DNA from: Amoebophrya sp. A120
Lineage: Eukaryota; Protista; Dinoflagellata
Reading direction: 5' to 3'
Assembly: GCA_905178155.1 (NCBI GenBank)
Contig: CAJINV010000002.1
Coordinates: 4,769,709 to 4,833,708 of the forward strand
Length of the DNA stretch: 64,000 nt
Shown: one piece after another, positions 37,418 to 48,747 of the stretch
How the letters are laid out: each line of letters opens with the position of its first letter
Numbering within the stretch: position 1 is the first letter of the stretch
Translations under genes and position numbers: made by a program
The notes under the pieces: model-generated
What the model was told of the DNA's origin: nothing
Seen by the model: the letters and a program-made list of their open reading frames with translations, nothing else
Database searches by the model: none

Positions 37418-38198
37418 AATGTCAATGTCTTAGAGTCCGCACGGTTGCGAATAAAGTAAAACCAAAACAAGAACCGAATAAGAACAGCATCAAAACGCCT
37501 ACTAAAGACAGACTTGTAAGCGTCGTATGGGCACGTACAAATCTTAGGTCAATGCTTAAAAATAACGTTGGCAACTTGCAACAACAAAAGAAACAAATCT
37601 CCAATATGATCTCTCGAAGTTCACAGCGACTTTTCTGCAGTTTTGAGCATGCCCATGCTGTTTGCTTTCTCTCTTTCGTCACTCTTCTTCCGTTTGCAGC
37701 GAAATTTGGGTTGCTGCACAACAGCAACTCGTCGGGGATTTCATTTTTCGAGCTGCTGCACCTCGGTCCCAAGAGCGATCGCAGCAGTAGATGAAGTATA
37801 ACAGCAGGACCAGGTCAAGGGAGCGAGGGTCCATATCTCTCTGTCCATGTACCCGATTTCATTTCGTCCCTTGTTTGCTGTTCGGGCGGATCCTCGATCT
37901 GAGGCTTTGCTTGTTAAGAAATGAATCTTCCGAAAGTAGTCACAGTCCTTTCTCGTTGTCACTTTACTCAAGATGCATAGCTCTACTTTTTCTTTCTCTT
38001 TTTCTCCATTTACTGGAGTTTGTGTTTGTTGTTTCCCGAAAATCCAAAATAAGAAATCGATCAGGTACTTCATAGAGAGCGTCAGCGTATCAGTTTTTCC
38101 AAGCGCAAGAAATCAAAGTATTCCAACCGTGGCGGGAACGCAAGGTGAGGAAGTCACAGCTTTACTCAACACCATGAACCCCCCCAACACATCACGCT

Positions 38199-40729
38199 TT
38201 ACACACTTCTCGCATCCCCCTCCTCGTCGTCCTCCGCATCGCCGTTCTTTGCGCTAATCGACAGGTCACTCTCCTTGCTTCGTTTTCTTTTATCAAATGT
38301 AAAAATGTCTGGGTCTGGAAGAATCCGAAATTTGTATATGCTGTTTTATTTGCATGACACAGAATGTCGGTCATAGAAGCCCTAGCATCACAGATTTTTA
38401 GAGGCCTACCTTCCTGATGCCTATTCCGCATGACGAATGCCCTCCACGCGTAGCACAAACCGGACTCCTCTTGCTGGTCATGCAATACAGATTTTTTAGA
38501 GTCCAAAGTTAGCAGCACAAGTTCCAACCCTCCAGACCCAGACACTTTTGCAATCCATATCTGTCCAGCAAGAGCATTTTCTGTTTCGAAAACGACCGGT
38601 TGTTGACGAGGTTATTAAGTTGACTGCTGTTCAACGTAGGAGACGTACTACCTTGCTGCAATCCTGTTGCAAGACTATTCAGATTTGGTGTAGTTCCGGT
38701 GATAGCACTTTTAGCTGCCCCGTGCTGGTTTTGCAAAAGGAGATTCGTCCCAGCGGCCACTCCCACCGCGTTGCTGGTGCTGCTGCTGTTGGTTTCCTCC
38801 AGACAATCGGGAGAGGCGAGCAACGGCTCCTTGCCGACCTCTTTCTTCAAGGCGTCGAGCACCGAGGTTGGTGGTGATGCTGGGGAAGATTTGGTTGGGC
38901 CAGCAATGGTTCCAGTAGAAGTTTTTTCCTGCAGAACTTCAAGTTCCGCGGACTTTTTCACCACCCACTCCTCCAATTTCAAGCGGTACTGAATCAGCCA
39001 GGTAAGCGCCTTGTCCTGCTCGCTCGTAATCTCCGCCATGGCTGACATCTCCTTCATTACATCGGCTAGCCGCCTCTGAAGCGATTGCGTCAACTCTTCG
39101 CCATCCACACTATGCAGTGCAAAAACATGCTGTACAGCACGTACTGGTACTGAAATGGTATTGCATGTCGAACAAGAGGACAAATTCTTTTTTCATGTTG
39201 AAGCAGATTCAGTTCGTAGTAAAAGAGCAGATCCCCCATGCGCATCATGCCAAAATAGACTGCACTTCTACTTCATGTACGAGTACAATGAACTTTTGTA
39301 CACATTGGATACAAACCCTGATGCAGTAAATCGTCACGTTCCTGCTGGATTTTTTCGAGCTTCTCGCTCATGTGTTTGAATTCCACATCAAACTGGTGCT
39401 GAATCTTCTGCTTGAAAACGTGCAACTTCGCCACCTCTTGGTTGTAGTAGTGAATCTGTTTGTCCAGCTGTTTATTCTGCTGTTCCTGAAACAATAGCTG
39501 CTGTTGATGTTGCGACGGATTTGCCAGGCTGGCCGACGAGCCAGGAACTACACCTGGCGCAGCAGCAGTCGTTGACCCGCCACCTTGGAGGTGCAGCTGG
39601 GCGGTCGTTGCAGTAGTTGTACCACTCTGGTGGTGATGCAACGAAGAGGAGGTTTCCCGCTGTAAGAAATTTGTGCTATCCCCCGGTGCTGGTCCCGGCG
39701 CGGTAGTGCTGTTTGTTTCGTCGATGGAGGTCTTTGCAGTCGTCGTGCCGCTTTTCGACGTGGTGGTGTGAATGCTGGGCTTGTGCGAAGAGCCGTTCGA
39801 GGAGGTCGTGTGGACAAGGCCCCCGTGGTCAACAACTAGTACACGGTCACCACAACCACCGGTTGCTGTTGCAGCACCCCCACTAGAAGTAGAAACCAGG
39901 CCAGCATTTGCTCCGGATGACCAGGACGAGGTTAGCAAATTTGGGAGCTTTGCTCCTGATGCGGAGGTGGAATTATTCACGGAGCTGGTGGTCGTGTACA
40001 CGTGGGACGGCGCGCCGCGGGAGGGACTGGTAGTAGAGGCTGGGGTGGGTTGGATAATTCCAGTCGAAGTGCTACGAAATGCAAAAATGTCTGGGTCTGG
40101 AAGATTCCAACTTGTCATGCTAAATCTCAATCATGCAAAAATCTGTGTTGCATAATTCCCAAAAGCTCTCCACTTTCGACCAAGTTGGGAGGAAGTTTCT
40201 CATGCAGGATACGCATGGCAGAGACCTCACAGAGTCTGTCACGCGAAGTCCCGCATTTCGGACCTCATGGGTCATGGAAAACCTGCATGACAAGTTTACA
40301 CCCTTCCAGACCCAGACATTTTTACAGTTGATAAGTGCAACTCGAAGACGAAATCGACGTTTTCGGGGACGCTGCTGCCGCGAGCACCGCAGATTGGGAA
40401 GCGGAAGTGGCCGGCCCAGCAGCAGGGTGGGCAGCTGAATAAAAGTTGAGGTTCCCTCCTCCCGATGATGCGGGTAAAACTGATACAACTCCAGCTCCTG
40501 CTTGCTGCTGCAAGGACGCGGAGACAACAACGCCAGATGATCCAACAGAAGGTCCTACCGCCGTGCCGGTTGATGTGGGAGTGGTGATAGAAGTAGAACA
40601 AATGCCACTCACTTTATTGGAAGCTGCGCCACTCGCACCAGCCGCAGCGGGCGACGTGGGAAGGAGGCTGTTCACTGCAGCGCTGCGCAGACTGGCCGAG
40701 GCAGAGACATGATGCGGAGAATGCTCCAT
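38199..40729 (-). CDS. Ser/Thr-rich protein with central coiled coil, 4 exons
   Basis: ORFs 40322-40729, 39273-40130 and 38509-39183 plus last exon (FDKRKRSKE...ARSV*) are joined in frame by three introners. Confidence 0.8.
38299..38551. mobile_element. Introner family A, copy 2
   Basis: TIR gtaaaaatgtctgggtctgga / tccagacccagacacttttgc; TSD aat; removing 256 nt gives RYG/FDKRK. Confidence 0.92.
39111..39311. mobile_element. Introner family E-like (201 bp)
   Basis: Ends tatgcagtgcaaaa / ttttgtacacattggata; flanks cacac/caaac; removing 206 nt fixes the frame (QGL/DGEE). Confidence 0.8.
40081..40325. mobile_element. Introner family A, copy 3
   Basis: TIR gcaaaaatgtctgggtctggaag / cttccagacccagacatttttac; flanks aat/agt; removing 248 nt fixes the frame (TYQL/RSTST). 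Confidence 0.92.
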
Positions 40730-41968
40730 GATGTAGTTCTTATTCTTCGTACAATGCAGGAAAGTAGCTAGAACTTCCGGCTCTCGTAGTTCGTTGCAAA
40801 TTTTTGAGGATCTAAACTTGCACGCTCTGTCCCTTGATATGGACTAGTACTTGCGGTGGCGCATCTTCACGCATAATGAGGCAGTGACTCAACTCGTGTG
40901 GAGGTCAAGGTCAACTGGATGCTCTCGACGTACGCTCGTCTCCTAAGTCACGAAATAGAAACTCAACTCTGTATTCCTTCTTCGCAAATCACTCTATGCT
41001 TGACCTGCTAACTGAGGTTTCACGAAAAGCTAGAGAAGATGAAGAAGAAGAACGTGAACTGCAGGATCAGGAACAATAAAAACTACCCGCCTTAGAATTC
41101 ATTAAACTCGCTGATTTTCATCCTTCATCTGCGCGGGTCAGTATATGTTGTGGCCTTCTGCTCACAAAAAAACATTAACATTTAGCATTCGGCGGTTTCT
41201 ATCAAACTTGATATCAACTTGGAAAACGTGCTCCATGAAAAGTCTTGATGTCGCACCCGCCTGCGTGTGACCTTGATGGGTGGTGCGAAGCAAAAACAAA
41301 AAGATCAATCAATACCAGCGTCGAATGCCAAAGCAGTATGGAAAGTGTTTGGCATCAAATTGAAAACGAGAAGTATCTGACTCAGACTCTGACTCTATTT
41401 TAAATTTTACAAAAGAACAGATACAGAGTATTTATGACAAACATGCATATGGACATCCCCAGTTTCTTCAATCGGAAAATACATCATACATTGAGGGGCG
41501 GGGGAAATCAATGGTATAGATAGAAAAAAAGTGACACGCAAGCTCCAGAAGTCGCACACATAATTGATCGCAAGCTATTTGTTTGAGAAGTGACAACAAG
41601 AAACAAACCATCTGTGCCTCCACATATTGAATTTCAAGAAAGACATTTGCGTTGGAGTATCGGCATTTTACAATGAAAATGAATGAAAAAAGTTTATCAA
41701 TATAGCAATTTCAATTTTCTTTAGTTGACAAAAAAATGCAAGCCGAGCGCCGTCCAATACATCACCGCCATGCCCGCGGACTCCGCTGCAACACACGGGT
41801 CGGGTGGAAGACGCCGGGATTCTTATCCTGAATGGGTCGCGTTGTGTTCACCGGGCGTGCCTCTTTCTTCAGCAGGTAGTACCTCGCGTCCACGTGTTCT
41901 CGGGTGCGCGTTTCGCGACCTTGTTTGTGGATCATTAATATGATAAAAGATTTTTGGTCCTCAGAAAC

Positions 41969-43905
41969 TCAAACTGCACAAATAGTAACGCCTTTTAAAT
42001 CCAAACCGCACATCAAACAAGTTGTACCCGCTGCCTCCATTTTGGGTTGATTTTTCTGCAGCGTGAAACTGATGCACTCGCTCGCTCGGCGTTTTCCCGC
42101 GGAGGGCGCGAGCGTGGTCTGGTCATAGATGTAGAGGTCCTTGTTGGACGGTGGCGCTTTGTAACTCCCGAGGTTGGTAGCCGTGGCCTCACTGCTCGTG
42201 GTCATCATGTGCGCTGACTTTCGGCTAAACCAGTGCTCGGTCGCAGCTTCGTGCCTAATGCATTTACGTCGTGATGGTTGTCAATTGAGTGTTTTATTCT
42301 TATATTGGCTTTTTGATTTTGTTCAACACGCGACCCCACCATCACAACTAGTACCTCATGAGGATAAGCAAGTACTTCATTTCCAAGTATCGCCTTTCTA
42401 TAAAAAGCGTAAGCGAGCTACTGTCTGTCAGTTGGTTATAGGAAAAAAAAACTTCCTAGCCAGTACGCGTTGTCCCTTTTCACCAGCCTTTCCTCGTGTG
42501 CGACGGAGGTTCGCGGATTTTTTCGCGGGACTTTTACGGAACTTCGGGCAGCCGACATCTCCTTCACCATGTTCGAGACCTCCTTCAACTTTGGCACCTC
42601 CTCCTCCACAAAAAGGCACTTCTTCCCACCGAACTCCTCCTGGGTGCCAATGTAGTCGTGATTCAATTTCTCTTGTTTCGCCGGAGAGGATACCTGATTT
42701 TCATTTTCGATCTTCTTGTTGGTGTCTACGCAACACAAATTTTAGCTCTTTGATTGTTCCGGCGGCGCAGTGAAGAACCCAAAGTTGCGTCTTACTTTGT
42801 TTCCAGACCAACAAGACCACGAATCAATATTTGCAAAAAGGAAAATCAAAATGCATAGTGTAAAAAATAGAAATACGATTTTGATCCCCTCTCTTGGGTT
42901 GAAGAACTCCTTGCCCTGCGGCACCGCTCTGCCACTGTGGTGATCTTTGCCCGTGTCCAGATCTGGGTTCGCCCGGTGTCGGGGGCTCAGCTTCGGAGCA
43001 GCCACCAGATCGGCACGAACCGCCCGGTGCTGCTGTCTCGGACTGGAGTAGGCCATCCAGTTTGCGGACCCGCGAAACGTAGGGGAGGAGCGGGCGGAGG
43101 TGTTGAATTTCCCCGATTGATGTTTCAAAGACCGTGTTGTAGTTCCTGTGGTAGAGGTGATGTCCCCATTTCTGCCGGTTGTTGCGTTCGTCGCAGTCGT
43201 GGAGTCGCCTTGCTGTTCCGGAAAATATGCATTGCAAAATCATCGATTTTTCAGTCGGAATTGCAACGTTCCTTCTTTCAGAAGGATAAACAGAATTCAT
43301 GCGTGTGCCATGCTGATTAAGGGTAGAAAAATATAAATAACCAGATTTGTTATGGTGCAGATCAGCTGGAGCTGCAATTCCAATTAGCACGACCACGATA
43401 ATGTTTTTACTGTTGCCCCGGATAGAAGAAATACCGCACAGTCGCTGCCCAAGTGGTCCTGATACACCGAGGACCCGGTGGGGACGCCGGCGGCGGGAGT
43501 GGCTTGATTTTCTTCTTGCCGAGAACCTAGGCTAGATGACGGGAGGAGCTGGGGCGGGTTGTTCGAGAGAACAACAGTCTGCGGTTTTTGGGGTACACCA
43601 GCGGCAGCACTCACACTCTGCGTTGCGGATCCTAGGTCTACAAAGTGGTCCTGCTGCTCCTTCATCTTCGCCGCCGTGGTTCTGTGGCTTGTGTGCGATT
43701 TCTCCTCGATGCTTCGTCGTGCAAATCGGTTGTTGGGCCGCGGCGACTGTGCGAGGAAGTTCGCAGATAACAATTCCGGGGTGGATCGGAGTACGCTTGC
43801 AGCCCCCGTTGTGTAAGAGGTAGACGACCCCGTTATGTCTACTTGTCGTGACTGTAACCGCGGTGACTGGTAGGAGGCACTGTAGGAGGTCACCCGGGGC
43901 TTCAT
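41969..43905 (-). CDS. Multi-exon hypothetical protein (3' exons approximate)
   Basis: ORF 43384-43905 is joined in frame via introner 43226-43424 (VFL/PEQQG) to the frame of ORF 42742-43128; further ORFs 42436-42738 and 41969-42208. Confidence 0.55.
43226..43424. mobile_element. Introner family E-like (199 bp)
   Basis: Left end tatgcattgcaaaa is identical to the 35422 element; right end ccggata; flanks gaaaa/gaaga; removing 204 nt is in frame. Confidence 0.75.
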
Positions 43906-44150
43906 GGGGGAGGAGGTTGGAACGCCGGCGGCTGATAGGTGGAGTCAAGTGCTTTTTGATTCTTGATTCAGTCGTGTGGTCTAAGCTGAGAGAATCCATG
44001 CTTCTTGGATCGCATCAAAAACGAAAACTTTTTTCACTCGGGTGAGTGAAAGAAGGGCCGCTCAGCGGCTCTACTACCCATGATGCACCTCCTGATTTAC
44101 TAGTATACTCTCACTCCGTTCGTGTAGATAAAATCAAAATTCAATCATTA

Positions 44151-45093
44151 TCATAGATAGTACCTGCCATCCCCTCGTTTCCCCCCGACATGCTTCCCGT
44201 CACCACCGCGTTGACCCTGCCCGCCGGTTCGAATTTCATTTTCCTCTCCTCGTACCGGACCGGGTTGGCCGCGGGCGCGGGGCTGTTTCCCGCACAGCTT
44301 CGCCAAAACTTGGCGCTGAACCTTTCGAACCGTGTATCCTGTGTAAAAGCATCCCCACCACAGAGTTGTCATGCAGATCTGCAAGCGCAAGAGCATTTGT
44401 AATGCGCATCCCCATGATAGGCATTTCCGATCGTGTTTTGGAACTTGTAATGCTGTAAACAGGATAGGCAGATGGATTTGTAATGCGACTTCCCTTTCTA
44501 AACTGCACTACACTACAGCTAGGAATTTGTCATGCGTGGCTCCCAAATAAACTTCAAGGTTTGTGTTGCAAAATCCCCATCTTGACTCTGGGGTGGGGAC
44601 GTTTTTCATTAGGATACCGTGCGTGATCCGCGTCATTCTTCGCGACGTGGCTCCTGTCGTGCGTGTGCCCGCCGCGGAGGTGCACCGGTTGGTCGTGCTC
44701 CACAGGACCACGCGGGGAGGCTGCAGAGGATGAACCCGCAGCGTTGCTAAACCCTCCGCGACTGCCCCGGGCAGCGGCAATTTTTGCCAAGTTGTGGTCG
44801 TGTTTGAACCAACTGCTCGCGGAGCCTGCTAACTGCTGCTGCCCCGAGGAGCGCTTCACCTTCGCAGTGACGGTGGAGTTTAAGTTGTACAGCCCCCCGG
44901 ATCCGATCGCCTGGGTGGAATGGTGGTGCTCGTTGGCCGCGTTGCGCACGCCCGTAGAGTGCAGCTTGCAGGTGTCCTTGGAAGACACGTGGGTGCCGCG
45001 CTGGTTGCTGGTGTGCATGTTCACATCGGTGGCCACGCGAAGCCCCTGGTTGTGAATGTCACCTAGGTGACTGCCGCGGGATATCTTGTCCAT
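44151..45093 (-). CDS. Hypothetical protein, at least 2 exons
   Basis: ATG at 45093; removing introner 44335-44616 gives ADHAR/FERFSAKFW...GNEGMAG; 3' end uncertain. Confidence 0.65.
44335..44616. mobile_element. Introner family D (282 bp)
   Basis: TIR tatcctgtgtaaaagcatccccaccacagagt / actctggggtggggacgtttttcattaggata; perfect TSD ccgtg; six co-oriented TTGTNATGC-like motifs. Confidence 0.92.
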
Positions 45094-46292
45094 TCTGGAC
45101 TATTTGTTTTTTGGCTTTATGTACTATATCTATTGGACGAGGGGGCTACAGTGGTGTGGCGTTTTTCACTTGTGTTCATTTTTTGTGCTGTTGTACTGAT
45201 CATACAGCCGGTGTTAAGCACCGTGTGGCTGGTAAAGAAACGTGGGTACTAGTGGTCACTCGTCTGCATACTTATTTTTGATGCGACTGATGAAATTGAA
45301 TTTTTTCCAGCTACAAATGGCCAGATCAGGAGAAGGGTCGTCCCCTTTAGGCTCCTCGGCTTTATTTGCGAAAAAGCACTGACATAGCATACCAAAACTG
45401 AAACTTTCTGAAGATGATAAGTCGCTCAAAAAAAATACTGCCCTTTGTGAAACGCAAACGACAAGAGAGTCTGTGATCATTTTCGTTTTGATATAAGAAT
45501 TGGAGCCCCCACCCGGACCCGGGAAAGCAACTGCAGGAGGAAATCGAAATTGTGTTTTACCGACAAAAAGACGCATTAATTTCGCCACTTTTGAAAACAG
45601 GGTACAAAGAACAGAACTTTTACTTTTACACATCCGTACGGGCGTCGCCCGCGAAAATGTACCAGATCACCACAATCAATGTTTCAGTTTTTTGAAGTTT
45701 GAATACTACCACAGCTACGTCCTTAAATTTTCATGCAACAAAACAACAAAAAACCATCCACGTCTGCGCGTCGAAACAAGGCAGTAAGCCCAAGCATTTG
45801 TTATTCTTATTCTGTACCATTAGCATACGAGCAAAGTATCGTAGTACAGTAGTTTTGATGCTTTTATGTTCTCATTCGCATTCTGTACGAAAAAAAAAGA
45901 TGGGTCATTATTTGTGTCGAAAAAAAGTTCAAAAAAAAGCACCTCTATCTTTTAGAAGTTAGCATTTTTTAGATAAGCAGAACTAGAACGAAGTGATAAA
46001 CGTGAAGCAAAAAAAAATATCAAGGTCATGGCATTGCTCATCTTTCTCATCTTGGGCACAAAAAAAGTTGTCGCTATATGTTGTATCTCCAAGTGATTTG
46101 TTGCACTGCGTCTAGGTCCACATCGGAAGCCAGACGACTTCGACAAAAAAAAATAAAAAAATGAATTCGAACCCAAAATTAATGCAAAAAGAAAAGTATA
46201 AATCAAATAAGTTATTTGTTAGTTACTATTCATAGACCGAATTTACGTTACAAAAGCAATCAAGAAACAAAGAAATGGAGAGAGGAAAAAGG

Positions 46293-46460
46293 ACAACACT
46301 TCTGCCCCTACCGTCCAAAGCATGACGACCACGCTGCTTGGGAAAGCAGCCCTAGGTGGAAGTGGTGCGATGGTGCTCGCTTAAAACTATGATCCCAGTG
46401 CACAAGGCGGGTAGGGGCGCCGGCTCCACCATCCAAGTGCTCATAGTTTTAACGTGTTGT
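46293..46460 (+). other. Candidate structured element with interleaved complementary segments and a GNRA hairpin
   Basis: Perfect complementary pairs of 12, 9, 7 and 7 nt, plus the hairpin gctgctt-ggga-aagcagc. Confidence 0.35.
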
Positions 46461-48747
46461 TAGAGATATGGAGAGAGAAGAAGAAGACGGAACAACACCA
46501 CACAAACAAACCAGGGAAGAAGGGATCTAGGGTGCAGACAAGGGACCGATGTGTACCGAGAAAGCGCTTTAGAGAGGTCAGGAAGGACATAACGATCGAG
46601 AAAACGATTATACGATTTATACGATGGTCCCATAATCGATCGAGAAGACGACATAAGCGATAAGTCTATACGATTAAGGAACGAATAGGGAGAGATAAAC
46701 GTTTTACGACCCGAGCGAAAACTTGCACTTGTTACGAGACGATTATTTAGCTGGTAGACGAGAGTTTTGCACGATGTATATATGTAACGATGTCGATATC
46801 TAAATCTAATTTAAATCCGAGATTACGACGTTAAAGAGAATCGACAATAAAGTTCGTTGACGGGCATAACCGATAGCGCTCTAGATCGAGAGGATTTAGA
46901 TCGCGATACGAACATACACAAAACAAGAAACTAGAACAGACGCAGGTCGAGTGCCTTATATTTTTGTTTTTCAAATTGCATCGAATAAAAACAGAAAGAG
47001 TGGATACCTATGTGCCATGACAGCAGATCACCCATGATATTGCATAGAAAATCATTCATTAATTGCTTTTTCAAATTGTCATTCTTATTTGGAATCATTT
47101 GAGAAAAGAAAATTTTACATAATGTCATTCATCCATGGAATCAATTGAGATAGGAAAATTTATTTATTTGTTATACTTCCCCGGGGTTGGCGGCGCTCAT
47201 TTTTGATTGTCTTGTTTTTTGTTTTATATGAAAGAACTGTACAAACAACGAGAGAACAACACAAGCAATTGAAAGATTCCGATTAGAAGATTCAGACCGA
47301 AATGTAGTCACAAGAACACTGGTCCGAGGGATAAAAAAGTGATCATACCGATGGGTTTGTTTGGTATAAAACGACCGATTGATATACGAGGCAACCGAAG
47401 ATACGAGATTAGACCGGAATATCAACTTTGAGAAGCAACACGGATTTTACGCAACAACAACTCGAGTTTCTTTTATTCTTATTATATCCGCGAACTAGTT
47501 CTGTCTATCGTGTATGTTTTTATTTTTTTTTTATAAATAATCTTTTGTGCTATTCTACAAAATGTCGAGTCTTTGTCTTCGACCCTCTTCTTCGGATGCT
47601 GGCTGCTGTGTTGCGGCTGCCAATCTGGTCAATCTGAGTATCCATGATCTTGTTCTCCGTAGCAGCGTGTAACGAGTCCTGTACTGCTGTTTGAAGTGCA
47701 TCACGCGGTGTACATTTTGTACTGCATCATGCGGTGTACAGTTTGTTCATGCAGCTGCAAATGATGGCCATAAAATCAACTTCGTCATCATCGGCAGCTT
47801 CTTGGTGTCAAAATCTGCTGCGGCAACGTCGGCTGCAGCTTGGCAACGGCATCAGCGACAACAACGGCAGCATGGTAGCGGCAACGGCGTGGCAGCGGCG
47901 TGGGAGCGGACCCGTCAATTGTTGGGGGGGTGGGGGGGCCAACAAAAGACAGAGAAGATGTTCACGAGCTTAAAGCTTGACTTACTTTTGCTCGTAGAAG
48001 ACGCGCTGTACAGGTGTTGTTGGGCCTTGTGCAAGAGAAAGTATAAATCAAATAAGTATAATGCGCTAGCGCTACAACACAAGTTTAGGATGCATTCACA
48101 ACTGTTTCTAGTACTCTCCCACAACATTCATTATCGTTTCAGAAACCAAAGCAGGGCCCAAAATGAGCGGCCACTTTTTGTTCGTCTGTACAGCTAATCG
48201 CCTCGATGGCACTAGGTGGGCGAGCCGCCTTTCGCTCGCCAAAAACTCCAACACTCGAACCTGCGACAACAGGATCGCGAATGTTAGGACTTTCTTCTCT
48301 TTTGTACTTGACTTGGAAAACTTTGAGATTCGGAATCGGATTCGAAACCAGAAACAGGAAAAAAAAAATAAAAAAGCTAAGCGCCACTCTTTATTTGCTT
48401 CGTACTTCATTAATTTTCACTGACTAAGCTATCTTTTTTCGTTTTGTTCCCACACGACCCAAAAAAGTTGCGAACAATTGTGCAAGTTGTTGTATCGGCC
48501 TTCTAGCACATAAGGAGGGACCAGGAAAACGACAGCGACATACATTTTATTTCGAATGAGTCGGCGCAGTTGATATTCATATTAGCGGCGCTCGATGCAT
48601 TTTGTCTATTGTAAAAGAAGGGAAAAATGATAGTAGCTCACTATAAGCTCGGTGCTATACGTAACGGTAAACTCAATGAAAGAACAGTCACTCCCGGCGT
48701 TCAATTATGTGTATCATGCATGACGACAAGACATTCATGAAGGTAAA

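Noticed and set aside
44366-44569. Regularly spaced 9-mers resembling a CRISPR-like array
   Set aside because: Repeat too short and degenerate and enclosed in a TIR element; reported instead as a motif lattice
47690-47910. 26-nt tandem duplication and ggcaac/ggcagc low-complexity run
   Set aside because: Ordinary slippage repeats in probably non-coding or decayed sequence
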